Assembly (NCBI GenBank): GCA_964270895.1
Contig: OZ185435.1
From: Podarcis filfolensis
Taxonomy: Eukaryota
Reading direction: 5' to 3' (one strand)
Length of the DNA stretch: 64,000 nt
The notes under the pieces were generated by a model. The model did not search any database, had not been told where the DNA came from, and saw only the letters and a program-made list of their open reading frames with translations. A program made the translations under genes and the position numbers. Shown here piece by piece: positions 1 through 14,100 of the stretch (position 1 is its first letter; every line of letters begins with the position of its first letter).

Positions 1-736
1 CAATATTAGAATACTGAATTTCCACCTTTACCATCCCCACCCCTTTCCAACTTATTGTTGCAAATTATCAAGCAGCACTTTTTTCTTTAAATGGTCAGAT
101 GTGTAGGAAGCTAAGCCTAAAGGAACAATTTGACTAATATAACCGAGGAATAATTATTTTACTTTGGCAATTCTAGACCCGAGAGGTACAACCCAGCCAA
201 AGTTAAGCACAGTGAAGTCTATATCAATGGGAGAGATGACTGTTTTTTGTTGGGTTGTGGTCAGTGTTGTTCCATGTGAAGAACACTGATTTGATACTTT
301 GTGGTAGTCCAGGGTATCTTATCTACTCATCTATCTCCTGAGTTGGAGTGAGCTGCGCCAGGTTTAGGCCTCACCAGTGTGACAAACACCTTGGGAAGGA
401 GGAGGAGATCTAGGCATTCCTTAATCTGTCCTGCCTTTACTGCAAGCTGTACATGTCTTTGCTTTCTGCTTCTATGTCCTTCTATTCTGACTTTCTTCAG
501 GCTTGTTTGTTGTTTTCATTTGAGTCAGGCAGCCTGGGGTAAACAATGGATTAAGGGCCTTGGACCAGGAGGTGGGGTGGTAATGGCTTCCCTCCTTGCT
601 TGGGGACCATCTTGACTGTGAGTCCTGGAAGACCTGCTACTCAGGATACTTACAAATTCTTGTCGTGGGGTTCAGGATTTTTTGTTGGGGGGGTCAAGAT
701 TTAATTTTTGAGATATTGATTTTGCTGTTTTTGATA

Positions 737-968
737 CAGTGGTACCTCTGGTTAAGAACTTAATTTGATCCAGAGGTCCGTTCTTAACCTGAAACAGTTC
801 TTGAGGTACCACTTTAGCTAATGGGGCCTCCCGCTGCCGCCACCGCCGCACAATTTCTGTTCTCATCCTGAATCAAAGTTCTTAACCCAAGGTACTATTT
901 CTGGGTTAGAGGAGTCTGTAACCTGAAGCGTATGTAACCTGAAGCGTCTGTAACCCGAGGTACCACTG
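737..968. mobile_element. Tc1/mariner-superfamily (pogo/Tigger-like) MITE, 232 bp
   Basis: TA|CAGTGGTACCTCTGGTTA ... TAACCCGAGGTACCACTG|TA; 17/18 TIR match with TA target duplication. Confidence 0.85.
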
Positions 969-1139
969 TACTGATTTTTTTTTTTTTGTATCTTTTGATC
1001 ATGTTGTGTACATTTTATTTATCACTCATGGCTACTTTTGTTATGTTTGCAGTTATGTAATTATTTTCATGTAAACTGCTTTGAGAATGGTTTTAACTAT
1101 GGATAGGCAGCATACAAATAAACAATGATAATGATAAAT

Positions 1140-2945
1140 CTAGTTGAAGAGCTGTCTGCACCTCTCACAGGTGTGACCAAGTTACCTGACCCAAAGCCAG
1201 TGACTAAATATAGTCCAGTTCCTGCTCCATTTACATCTGTGACCAAGGATGAGTGGAACTCTCTGCTGAAGTACAAAAAATGTGCTTGTTTTGGCTAACA
1301 AGTTTTATGTTCTACAACTTGACATTACAGAACTGTTGAAAGTACCTTCCTGTTGCTAATCTACTCTGCCACACTTTACACCTGAAAGATGGTCAAGCAC
1401 AATTTGGAGATGCCACTGAGACATGCCTAGATTTCACCCTGTGCACCTGAGCTCCAAAAAACAACTGGTTCATCTAGGCACACTTCTGGACACAGTAAGA
1501 GGGTTTATCCCCTCAGCACTGGACAGAGTAATCTGAATTAAAGCAGCCACCAGAAGTCCCTTAACAGCAAAAAAAGTGGTCATTACGCAGCTGTCCCATG
1601 CCTTTGGGTGTGCATATCAGTATCACAAGCACCACCTTGGGCAAAGCTCCATGCCAAGCCATCACAGTGGGTGCTACTGCCTTAGAAGCACTCACCAGTG
1701 ACTGGTGACAGCAGGAAGACAGCATCACATCATGATTCCACATCATCTCTGCCTGGCCACATGCTGGTGGACAAATAGCCACAACTTACGTAAAGGCACT
1801 CCCCTTGGAAGATCCAACTTGAGCCATCATCACATTGGATGACAGCCTGCTGGGCTGGGTCTCTGTCAACATCTTTCAATTCAGGCCCTGTGGTCTCCTG
1901 TGAAGGTAGCCTATTTTGGGGTGGGGGGTGTCAACTAGCTCAAACTCACAGCAGCCTACCTGGTGATTCAGCACATCTCCCCTCAGTTTTGCCTTAGTCA
2001 CATCATTTTGTGCATAGACAATGCTACAGTCAAATCATATTTGAACAGACAAGGAGGCAGAAGAGGGAAAGACCTGCAGTAAGAAGCAGAGATTTGAGGC
2101 AGACCGATTCCCTTTTTGTGTCCTTTCAGCTGCCCACTCTGGGGCACAGGGTTTCCACATCCATCCTTGCTAGGTGGACTAAGGCTTGCATTGTCTTTGC
2201 ATACAAAATTCAAAAGATTCCAATACCAAAAAATGTGGCAGCGTATTCCACAAGGGCTGCAGCCTTTCCACCAATGCTCCTTTAGAGGGTATCTGTAAAG
2301 CAGCTACGAGCGTAGCCTCCAAAACCTTTTGTCAAACACTATAAAATTGACAAGTATGTCATTTAAAAGTATGTCAATTTTATAGTAAATTGACAAGCAT
2401 GTCTCAGCTGAGGTTGAGGCTGTCCTTCAGCAGATCTTCCCAGATTAATTGTCAGGGTCCTGCCCAAATTGGGATTAGCCATTTTATGTCCCAACCAGAC
2501 AGGCTCACTCCCGCTATGGGTGCAATTTGCACCTGCCTGAAATGCAGGTCTCCATAGTGTGAGTGAGCTAGTTAAGGGCCACACCCATATTCAATGAAAG
2601 TAATAAAATTTGAGAGTTGATTGGAAGTATCACCTTGTTGGGATTAGGTTGGTTGCGTAATTAACAAGCCTTGCTTTCAAGGTAAATCTACTCCTGTTGT
2701 GGTTCTACTTTTGGGGAGGGACAATTGTATGTTTGTCCTTGTTACTGTTCTATTTCATAACCATTTGAATTTTAGTGCCTGCTTTCCACTTGGTGAGTCC
2801 ATAGACTGAGGAATGCTGGGAGCTCCGCCCCCTTCCTAAGACATTTGTCTTGCCTTTGCTGCACTGGTAGGTCCTAAAACCCAACCTCACAGACTCACTC
2901 AAACTTCATAGATATGTTCCAGGTAGGTGCCAACCACAGTTTTTC
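1140..2945 (+). mobile_element. Decayed DIRS1-type tyrosine-recombinase retrotransposon; boundaries approximate
   Basis: Frameshifted peptides: WWTNSHNLRKG; IITLDDSLLGW and CIDNATVKSYLNRQGG (RNase H-like); ARWTKACIVFAY..YSTRAAA, ICKAAT and TFVKHYKID (tyrosine recombinase). Confidence 0.75.
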
Positions 2946-4982
2946 ACAGAGGAAAACCTTTTAGCCCTATACCTTTTGCCGTATATCCAGACATCACAAG
3001 CATCATATTTCAAACACAATAGGCCGAATAGTTAAAGAGAACCTCTTTTTTTAAAAAAAAAACATAAACAGAGAAAGTTTCATCAAATAATGTTGGGTAG
3101 GGGCTAGTCTGCTTTACAGCAATTCTATTATTCAGAGAGATTACTTAAGCACTAATGTAGAGGCTTTTATCTTTGTTCCCTTTTAAGATTAAAAGAGCTA
3201 CTAAACATTCAGGAAGCATACTGTGCATTGTGGCTTTTCAACCAAAAGCAATTTCAAAAGCCAATTCACAGAATTATTTTTGCCTCCTATATTTGTGACT
3301 CAACATACACATCCATGTCTCTGATGTTAGAAAACATTTAACAAGAGAGCCTACCTAAGAAACAGTTAATGTCCTCAAGTATCCAATAAGTCACATGTTT
3401 ATGAACTCCTGAAAACACTTGTTTTAAAACCTAGCAGAAAGTTTTCTATAAACTCCATGGGACATTAAAGGTAGTCCACTTCCTACTATAAATTTAAAAT
3501 CACTATTTCTAACATTCAAATAAAAGTATTGCATCCAAGTCCAGCAAAGGTGATGCGACGGGCAGAGGGAAACTTCCTGCCTGTGGGCTGTCTGCTGGAT
3601 CAGGCCTTCCAAAGGCTACTCTATGAGGTAAAAGGGGAGGGGGAGGAATTCACCATGATCAGTGCCAGCAATCTCTCTGCAAGCACACATGCTAAGCTGT
3701 AGGCTCATAATGTGCAACTATGTACAAAGAGCACTTGGATTGGGGACACAGTATTATATTACTAAGCTAGGAGCTAGCCCAACTTCTCACCTAAATCACA
3801 GGCTTTTATAATATGTAGATAAATTCCAGAATGAACTTAAATGGATACTCCATTATCCAACTTTTTCAGATATCCAAACTTTTCCTCACCTATATTAGCA
3901 TTTCATGCCTCCAGCAATACAGGAGGAAGAAATTCCCTCATCAGACTTTTTCACTTCGAGAGGAGAAACAATATATAGAGTCTACAGAATGTGAATACTG
4001 CAGTAGAGAAGAACCAGAAAATACTCTACAAAAATATAGTTATATACGCTTTTGGTAGAATATCTGCAGGTACAGAGTAAAATACTTTAGAAAAAAACCT
4101 GGCTGGCAGAAGGACTTAAGAGTGTTGAAGACTGCATATAAAGTGCTTTAACTACCAATATCCAAGTTTTGAGTATCTGGAAACTGAAGTTACTGCTACA
4201 ATTTTTGGGATGATCTTCAGAACTATTTAAAACTTAATATAGAAAGAGAAGTTTACTAGCCCCTTTTGCATCAGTGTACATGCTAATAGGATAATTTCAA
4301 CATCTATCATTTTAGTCTTACCCTCAAGCCCTTATTTCAAAAGTCAATATACCATCAGTTCTTACTTGCTTTGAATTAGTAAGTACCTTTTACATCACCT
4401 GATGTATCCACTCGCCACTCAGCCATTGCTACTGTATTAGTGAAAGATTCCCAGCAAAGCTGTTGCCCAAGGATTGTAAGCTTTCTACAACACATACAGT
4501 TGATCACCCTGATCCAAATAACAGTGATCCATGTATAGAAGCACACTTGCATACACAGCAGCCAGAAGGACCAGGATGGGATGGGAGCAGCACATCTCTG
4601 CACTAGTCCAATGGTGGACTGGCATTGGCTTCGAGCAGTTATTAAACTTGGGTGAAAGCAGGGGGAAGTGAACATTTAAATCTTGGAACTTCTCGCTCTA
4701 CCTCCAACACACGAGTGCCTAAATAAAACTGTGCTGTGTTGAATTTGACTTAAGTTCCTAAACAGAACTGGTCTGAGTTTGAGGGGGTCTGGTGGGAAAT
4801 AGGGGATACCAAGACAGACTGTGGGGATCCCCAAGAAACAACTGGGGTCTGAAAGAGGCCTCGGTTTCCCATCCCTCATCATTCTGACAGAAAGCATGAG
4901 TGTGACAGCCTTCTCCTACCCTATCTTCTTTAGGGCAGCATACCAATGAGTCTGACATCTTCCCAGTTTTGCTCACAGATAG

Positions 4983-5194
4983 CTAAGATGAGTCTTCTTC
5001 ATTCAGTATTTTGCTGAGAACTGCATCATAGTAAGGACTGAAGACCATCTTGTTGTAGTCAACAAGGCGAACGTACTTGATAGCAATTTCCTCCAGCTCT
5101 TTCTGAATAGGGCCTAATCCACCAGGAATGGCAGGAAGAGATTTCTGATGGCCAGAAGCAAGGTAGCTCTCCAGAAACGACTGGATTCTTGAAT
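4983..5194 (-). CDS. TCP11L1: TCP11L1 terminal coding exon ([17 protein letters not shown]...EEDSS*)
   Basis: 212 nt to TAG at 4985-4983; conserved C-terminal peptide. Confidence 0.94.
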
Positions 5195-8100
5195 CTTGAG
5201 AAGGGAAGTAAATTATTAGTAAGACTTACTGAAAGATCCCAAATTCCTCTTTTGATAATACACATCAAATAGGCCCATAATGGTGCTTAATTTTTATTTT
5301 AATACAACTGTCTTATCGCAATCACAGACAGAACAAAATCTGGAGTTCTTTTAGCATCATTTCACCTTCATTTCAAACATTCCCATGTATCTCTGCTTCC
5401 CAGTTCCAAGCGGAACACCATCACTCATAGATAGAAAACTCAAACCTGACTTCACTTTTCAGTAATTCTTCAAGAAAATGTTTCATTTTCCAAAAGCAGC
5501 CCTTGCTTCCTGGTTTTTTACCTCCACACCTTGACAAAGTAGCTTTTTAATGGTTATGCTAGGCAGTGGTTGCAGGCTCCTGCCACTTCCCTTTACAGGA
5601 TCCAGCACTTAAGCATAGTTTCCCATTACATGAAAACTTTGAAACTGGTTTTTAGCTTCCAAACAAGACAGAGTCATTCAACCAAGGTTTAATCTTGGTT
5701 TAATACCTTGGGCTTGTTTTGAAGCCATTAGTCATAGTTTCAGGATATGCATATAACAAGAAGCTATGGTTCAGTCCTGGCTTGCTTTTGCAGCTCAAGA
5801 AAGGGAGGAATGAAGCAGCAAGAAAGGGGCTGTCTACAAGTGCATACTGCTCATGCATATCCTGGCTCTTGAAACCAGGATTTTTGGCTTAGTCTTATGA
5901 TGTGCACATGCAGCCAATACAATCTCTCATCTCAAAACAAGTGCATTCACTCATTTGAAGCATTACTATCCCCTTCATTTTACAAAAATAAGCTATACCC
6001 ATGTCCTCAAATATATGTTTGACTTAGACATGCAGAACAATGGATTTTGCACAACTATTGCAGGGAAAAGAGCAGTCATCTCATCTACAAAGCATACCTA
6101 TCAGTTTGCACACAGTGTTATTAGGCTTGGCCACAGCCTGGATCTGTCCTTTAAGCTCTGTCTCCTTCTCAAGTGTGAAAGGTGTGAATCCATGTTGGGA
6201 AAGGCAGCTATTAACTTCAGCACAAATCTTTTCACTTATGACAGCCAATGCTTCACTCAAGTTGAAGGAGCTAGGAAAAGATGATCAAACTTTAACAGCT
6301 CATAAGCAACATGGGATTTAATTGACAGGTTAGCTAATGTATGCCAATCAAACAAAACATGAACTATACGAGTAAAAACCTTACAGACTGAGAGAACATT
6401 ACTGGAAGAATCATCACACACCAACTACTTCCTTTTTAAAGAGGGGATTTGAGTTCTCAAAGAAACAAGTGGGTGTGTCTATATTGGGGGGGGGGTGTCA
6501 GCAATTTCCTAGACACAACTGGGAGCTACATTAAGAAACATTCAGACTCATAACTCTTCAGAATGCATATGTTTAAATGTTCTCCACACAAGAAACTACC
6601 TATAACCCTTTCCCATTCCGTTTTATTTCTTACATGTGAGACTATAAGGAGATTCCCACAGCCCTGTAATCTGAAGTGATACAATCAAAGGTTACTCCAA
6701 ATGTGAAGATTAGAATTATCTGAAAGGCTATTTATTCTTCATAATGGAAATTCCTCATAATTTCTAAAGCCTTTTACTACTTGGAGAAGTAGGGGGAAAT
6801 GTGCAAGTCTTCTTTAAAAACAGGCCCGAGATCTAGTTGAAACTGAAGTCTATATCATCCTGCATCACCCTATAAAGGGCCCCAAAGTCACACGGTACTC
6901 ACGGGAGGTGTAGACCTGTCAGCAGTACCCGGATAACCATTTTGAGATTGGCCGTAAATGCTGGCAAGCCTGAAAGCGCTGTGCCTGCAGCATTGAATGT
7001 TACCAGAAGAATCGCTCCAGTTAAAATAAGCTGGTCCAGTTCCAGCTGCATTTCCTGGAAGCGGCTCTGGTCCATTAGCACAGTCTGTAAAAAAAAAAAA
7101 AAAAATTAACACAACAGAGGATAATAAATGCAGGGAGCAAGGCGAGATGATGTAATAGTTATATAGTGTAAGCTCTCAACGTCCATTTCCTAGTTCAGGA
7201 GACTGTCTGGTGAAGATAACGGCAGCACCCTCACCTCAATCCTCTGGTCTAGCCAGGTGCAGTACTAAGGATCCTTGCAAGAACAGCCGATCCACCCAAG
7301 CCTCAGCAAAACATGTCAGGTCAGCCCTTTCATCCACGATAAGATTGCAGATGAGCATAGACCTGTTACAGACTGACTAACAGCTCCACTTGACAAGAGG
7401 ACTCAGTGTATAAGCTACCAGGAACTTCTAGATTAGGTTCAAAGACGATAATCAACAACAACAAGCACATCCCACACTGCCACACAATCCCATACTCATC
7501 CCCGTATTTAGCATTCAAAGGGGCTTGCCCAACCGAGTTCAAGTGTATGTCTGAATGCACCCTACCAATCCAAACATTGTTATAGTAATTGCAGAGAAGC
7601 AAATAGTTACCTCTGGAAAAGGCTTTTGCAGATGATCCCATTTGAGGAGCTTAAGGTATGCATGATTCTGTACAGCAACAGGACAGAGCACAGGAGCAGT
7701 ACTGGTAGACGTGGCGCCCTGATCAATAGCAGGCACCATTCTGGACCTAAGGTCATCCGCAGCTTCTTGCAGCCACTCAGTGACGAAATCTAAGGAATCT
7801 GTTTTGAGGGAGAAACTGACTTACCAGACCATTTTCTCATCAACCCATTTTCCTGCCTATCCATTTGAAATATTTTTATACGCCCTTGGTCAAAACTGAT
7901 TGCACAGAATGGTTTGCGCAATATATGAACAAAATAAAAACAATCAAAACAGTTTAAAACAAAAGACATGAAAACAGCTGACAAATAAGATGAGCAGGTG
8001 CAAGATGTGAAACAATACTTAAAATGCCTATGGGAATAGAAAGGTCTCTCATCATCACATCTAAAATATTTCATACTTGGAGCACCACAGCTGAGAAAGC

Positions 8101-11100
8101 CATCTCCCTACTTCGGATCAGCATCACCTCCAACATGAAAGACATTTAGGGAAGGGTGTCAGTCCTTAGGGAAGATGGCCTTAAGAGTTAAGGCATGTTG
8201 AATAATTCTATTCAAGGACCTATTGTTTCTGGATTTTCAGCTGACTGAATTTTTTTAGTTGCTTAATAATTTGGCTTTAAAAACTGAAATAGATATCCAG
8301 ACATTTGCACTCTGAATGCTTATTTTTATTAGCACCACTCATTTCCCCCTAATAGTTATGCTAAAAGTGCAATCTTTAAACTGCATTGCATGCTCCCATT
8401 CATGGCACTGAGAAATACCCAAAGTTTATGCAGAAGGACCTCCCATATACAGCTCATCAGACATAAGCTCCACTGAGTTCAGTAAGCTTTCTGCCGTTCA
8501 TGGGGAGTTATTTTGGCATAATTATCAAATTAAGGACTGAACAGTTATGATGAATCAGCTTAATAAATTTGTCTTTTAATAAACAAAAAGCAGATCATTT
8601 AGCAATGCAAAATAACAAAAACCATACTTGGTTGTTTCTCATAAAGTTCCTGAAACTTCTTCCTTTCATATTCAACTGACTGCTGCATTAAATGTGGCCT
8701 TATGCTGGTGACAGCAAAATTAGCCATGTCCATTTTCATCAAGTCCAACACAGAAAAAATCTCTCTGCAAAATCAAGAAGACATTTCAAGCAGGTGTGTG
8801 TAGTTATTTAAGGACATTTATAAATCGCTTATTTTTTAAAAAAAAAATCAAAGCAATGCACAGTATTTTAAAAAACGGTATCAATAAGAAATACAGCATG
8901 TCTAAATGTCTGCAATAAATCAAATCACATGCCCCCAAAATTTGCAATATTTATCAAATGTAAAAGAAGGAGATAAAGCAAATGAAAAAGTGAAGAGCTA
9001 AGGCAAATCATATTTAAGTAATCTAACTAAAGAACTATGTGGGGAGAACTAGGAACAATCCCCTTTTAAAGAACAGGAAGACATACAGTGCTTTCTAGAG
9101 AACAATTCTGTTGGCATATGTATTATATGCTAAAAATTACCTTTAGCAGTTTTTCAGATCACTACAGCCCAATTCTTGCTTAGATGATAAGCCTGAGACA
9201 GGTTCAGACTGCAGTTGGGGCTTACATGAATTAATGCTCATCTTTACAAAAACCAAGAGCCCCCTCCCATACAGAAATTACAATGTCAGGCAGAAGGCCA
9301 GACTAGAATACCGTATTTTTCGTCCCATAGGACGCACCTACTTTGGGGGGGGGGGAAATAAAGGAAATTTCCCCCCTTTATTTCCCCCCCAAAACCAGGT
9401 CGGGGAACAGTAGGATGGCAGCACTGCGCCTCCCCGCTGTCCCCCGAGCTTGTGGGGCTGGCCGATGTCTGCCCGGCGCGAGCGGCGCTCTGCTTCAGGG
9501 CGCCCCGCGCGTCGGGCTGCTATCCGCAGCATGGGGAGCCCTGCGGGAACTCCCGCAGGGCTCCCCACGCTGCGGATGTCTGCCCGGCACGAGGGACGCT
9601 CTGCTTCAGGGTTCCCCACGCGCCGGGCGGCAGGCTGCGGACACCTGCGCGAAGCACGTTGCGTCCTCCGGAGGGCGCCCCGTGCTCCGCGCTGCAGGCT
9701 GCCGCCTGCAAGCCTTGCGCGCCCAGGGGAACTTCCCCCGGGCGTGCAAGGCTTGCGGATAGTTTCCTGGAGCCTGGAGAGCGAGAGGTGTCGGTGCGCA
9801 CCGACGCCTCTCGCTCTCCAGGCTTCAGCGAAAGCCTGCATTCGCCCCATAGGACGCACACACATTTCCCCTTCATCTTTGGAGGGGAAAAAGTGCGTCC
9901 TATAGGGCGAAAAATACGGTACATTCCCATGCATCTGGTATCCAATGTGAAAAAAAATCTTTCTCCTCCTTTCCCTTCCCCTTCATCATTTAGGAACATA
10001 CAAGCAAAATATGAATGCCCACCTCAGTCTGAAATGTCAGCTAAAGCCGTAGGGAGGGATAGACATAAATGCCACATTTTGTGTGTATTTAGGAGTATAC
10101 ATGATTTTATCTACTTTCTAAACTAGCTGGGGAGGGAAATCCTAGTTACAATGAATGCCTCTATAAAATTAGTCTTGATAAAAAAATAATTTCCATATTA
10201 TTCACTATTCTTGCACTTGCATTTCCACCAATAAGTTCTCCATTAAACAAACATGAACACACACATATTATTTCATTGCTACATGCATGATTTTTGTATT
10301 CTGCCAATGGTTATCAAAAACATTCAAAGTATTTTTCCATAGGCAGACACTGATTTAATGTGAGTACCTGAACAGGGGAACAATTTCATGAATGTCTTTC
10401 AGCTTCTTAATTTCCTCATCTCTAGCTGGAGCACAGAGCGTTCCCATCATTCCAATAATGAACTCTGCCAACTTTGAAATGTCAAGGGCACCATTCTCTG
10501 CCTCCTGTTTTATCAGCTCCAGGTCTAGAGCTTCAGTAATCTGATTTCTTAATCTAGTATGGCCAGGCAGCAAAAAAGACAAAAGCGTCTGAAAGAAAGC
10601 AATGTTCCTTTGTTAGCTCATAGCAGTATTATGTTGCTGTATCAATCAACACTATTTCAAAGTGAATAACAGTTGCAGCAATATTGTGTTACTAGGAAAA
10701 GTAAAATAAGGTCAAATCATTAACAGTTTTAATAGAAGTTTTCATTCACTATGTACAGAAGAACTGTTTTGGGGTTGTATCCAATGAAGTAATCCCATGT
10801 GTACAAGGATTTCTGCTTGCTCAAGAACATCCCCTTCCAACCCTCTGGAGCATATTTGGGGGATGGAATGTGGGGAGAGAGAGAGGGGTAGTTCCATTCT
10901 GCAAGTGGGAGCCCTTGCACAAACGGGATGACTTTGCTGGATGCAACCCTTGGTTTCTGGAACAGGGGATTAACAATGGTGCTTATGTGTGTATGCATGC
11001 ATAAACTCCAGTGTATCGAAGGGTGACAAATTCTGCTCCATTTTATATCCTTAAACTCACATCTGATGCTTCCATTCTGCAAAGTGGTGTCAAAGAGGGA

Positions 11101-14100
11101 CATCAGCAGGGAAACAGGGGGTGTGAGAAAGGGTACTTAACCTGTTCTTCAACTGCCACTTTGCTGAAATTTTAGAATGATTATTTCCACCACAAACATG
11201 GATCTGAAACAGAGATGGGGTTGCAAGAGAGGGTAGGATTAAGCTCCACTTCTCTTGCTGCCGCTTCTTCCCTGCAAATCTCCCTCTACTGACCTCACTT
11301 TGCAGAGGAGAAGCAGTGTGCAGGTTCTGAAGATACGTGGAGACACAATGAATAGTTCCAGCACAGATGTTAAAGGGGCCAGGGAAGAGGAATGAAATGC
11401 CTCAATCAAGTGGCAGACTGTGACCGACATAATTTTTCACTAGCGACAGGTTGTAAATTGGATTACGAGACAACAGAAACTGTTTGCCTTACTGATTCCA
11501 GAGCACGGTGGGGCAGGGCTTAAGGCTATGAGTCATTATGGAAGCACTGCAAAGCTATCCAAAGGATTCAGGTGTTGCCTGCCACCAGTCCATGCCCTTA
11601 TGAAACAGGGTCAATGCTGAAGACAGGACACTAGATTAAAGATGCCATTGGTCTAAGAAAATAGGAACTGCCTTGATAGATCAGGCCAATTAATTTATCT
11701 AGTCTTGTACATTGGCTCCAGCAGTACCCAATCAAACGCCTTTGTGAGGCTCGAACAGGACATGAGGATCTATATTTGTCTAAATCAAAGATGCTTCTGA
11801 ACATGCCTCATCATATTTTTACAACTCTTTGCAGATATTAGCAAACATCGTAGATGAAGTCCATCTGGAAGATAATATAATTACTTGGACTTTCAAAAAG
11901 CTTTTGACAAAGTACCTGCCAAAGGAACTTAGCAGTCACAGGAAAGCAGGGCAGAACCTTTTTATGGGCTGGTTACTAGTTAGAAAACAGGAAGCAAAGA
12001 GAAAGAAGAAATGTACTGGGAGCAGGAAAGAGTATAGGTCTCTGAAGACCTGTACTGGGATTGATACAGTTGCAACTACCCTTAAACAATGTAGAATCAT
12101 GTATGGACAAGTAGTATGCTTATGGAAATACATTAGCCCCTCTTACCTCTTTGATCTCTCCCACAAGTTTAATTGCATGATCATATGATGGTGGATCTTC
12201 CTTTAGCTGTGTTTCCAGGCAATCCCAAAAAGCTTTGTGGACAATATCCCTTACTCTTCTTTCAAGGCTGACAAGCAACACAACAGGAGAAGAAAACTGA
12301 AATGGTAATTCTAACACAAAGCCAAGTACAATGAGCTTGTGACGCTTGGAAAGGGGGGCACGGACCATCACTAGCAGTTAGATGGTTACTTGAAATGTCC
12401 AACATTACAGTTGAAGAAAATACATTGGTAGAGAACAAGATAATTAACTGCGTCCAAGAGGAAGTTCTAGCTCAAAAGGAACACGTAAGGGAGACTCTGT
12501 CGCCAAAATGGGATGAAAAGGATAGGGGGCGTAGCTGCCAGAAGGGCTTGAAGGTTTTGAGAACTCCCTCCATCAATAATATGCAAAACAGCTTCCTAAA
12601 TGAGTTGTGTGGTGAATGTGGAAATTTGAATCACAGCTGATTGTGTGTGTATTCTGATGTAAGCATTCTATCTCCTCCTAGGGCAGGAATGCTCTTAACA
12701 GACTTTATGTAGAAACATGAACATAACGTTCCCTGACTACATATAGGATATAACACGAGCTAGATGTACAAAGCTAACCTTCATGGCTAGATGAGCCTGT
12801 TGCTGAGGGGCTCTGGGAAGAGGATGTGGTTCACAGGATGAGGATCCTATGCATTTGGTTCATGGCAAACAGAATATGGTGTATCCACTGTTAACAAGCT
12901 TATGTTCTCTCAACAAATGCCTGACCAGCCACAATATTTTCTGTATTTCTCACTTCCATGTAAAAACAGTGAGATGTTTTTAACTGATTTTTCCCCACCC
13001 CTAGATCCACTAGTTGCGATGCTGCCTTTTCGTACAGCAAAAATTATATTATAACTTTTTATGCCTGCGACAATAGACATCATACCTGTTTTCTGGCAAT
13101 TCGGCTGGCTTAATCTGGAAGCCTCCATTGACGACAATTTCATGGGCCAACACCATGTTGGTAACTCCTTTTGCAGTTTCCATCAGCTCCTCCACTGACA
13201 CAAACTGAGGAGGGCTGGCTGTAAGGCAGTGAAATATACTTCAGCAAAATGTCCCATTAATTTAAAAAATGGTAAATTAACAAAGATGACTGTTCCCATC
13301 TCACTGAGCATGGCCTGTATTATTTAAAGTTTACAGTTCCTAAGAATTGATAAGGATGGACAATCAAAGATACCACTGGAAATAGTAGAAGTAAATGTCC
13401 ACTATGTTTCAAGAATGTCCTCAAAAAAGATAAGCTATCTAATGGTGCATCTCAACCTTTCCCAATGTGGTGACTTCCAGATATGGTTGGCCTGCAATTC
13501 CCATCATCCCTGACTGGCTGGGGCTGATGGGAGTTGGTCCAACAAGATCTGGAGGGCACCAGGGTAGGGAAGGCTGCCATGTTCAGTCTGTGACCATTCT
13601 GTGGAGTTTGTATGCTACCATCATGTTTGAAGCAGAAGTGGGCTGTTTACAGGTCATTCTGTGCAATTCCATGCCTATAAAATTCAAAGATGAAGAGGAG
13701 GAATATGCTTCTCCTCACAAAGCCTTCTGAGAAAGGAAGGTATGGTCACAAAAAGGAAAAAGTGAAAGCATTCAGATGGGCAGAATTTGTGCTACAATAA
13801 CATCAAAGAGGAAAATTGGAAAGGAGGGCTGTTAAAAGGAAACAAAAGATATAGCCCTTCATCAATAAGTGAGGTATGTTGAATTCACAACATTCGAAGC
13901 AACCAAAAGCTGTCATTTAAGGAAGAAACAGAAAGGAGAAGCTGCAAGATTTCCAGCTTCAGGAAATCAAAACTGAGATTGGACTACAAATAAACATAGG
14001 GCAGTATTCTATTAATGTGCCCCATTAATGCTGGGATTCTCACTTGTGCAATGAGATTCCTGCATTGCAGTGGGTTGGAATAGATGATTCTCAGGGTCCC

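Noticed and set aside
4376-4675. Exon-like minus-strand ORF downstream of the TCP11L1 stop, or a CSTF3 3' end expected from synteny
   Set aside because: No similarity to recalled CSTF3 or any known protein; CSTF3 probably lies beyond the left edge of the window.
4848-4882. SECIS-like pattern in the TCP11L1 3'UTR (minus strand ATGA-N11-AAA-N15-GA), tempting alongside the in-frame TGA (G-C-L-TGA-G) in the 5' leader
   Set aside because: The apical arm is short, helix II has mismatches and helix I is weak. The sequence resembles the end of a decayed hAT MITE, and TCP11L1 is not a known vertebrate selenoprotein. A SECISearch3/Infernal hit plus conservation would be needed to revive it.
9338-10126. 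Cluster of 139-224 aa overlapping ORFs
   Set aside because: They arise from the GC-rich MITE interior; no transposase or other recognisable motifs.
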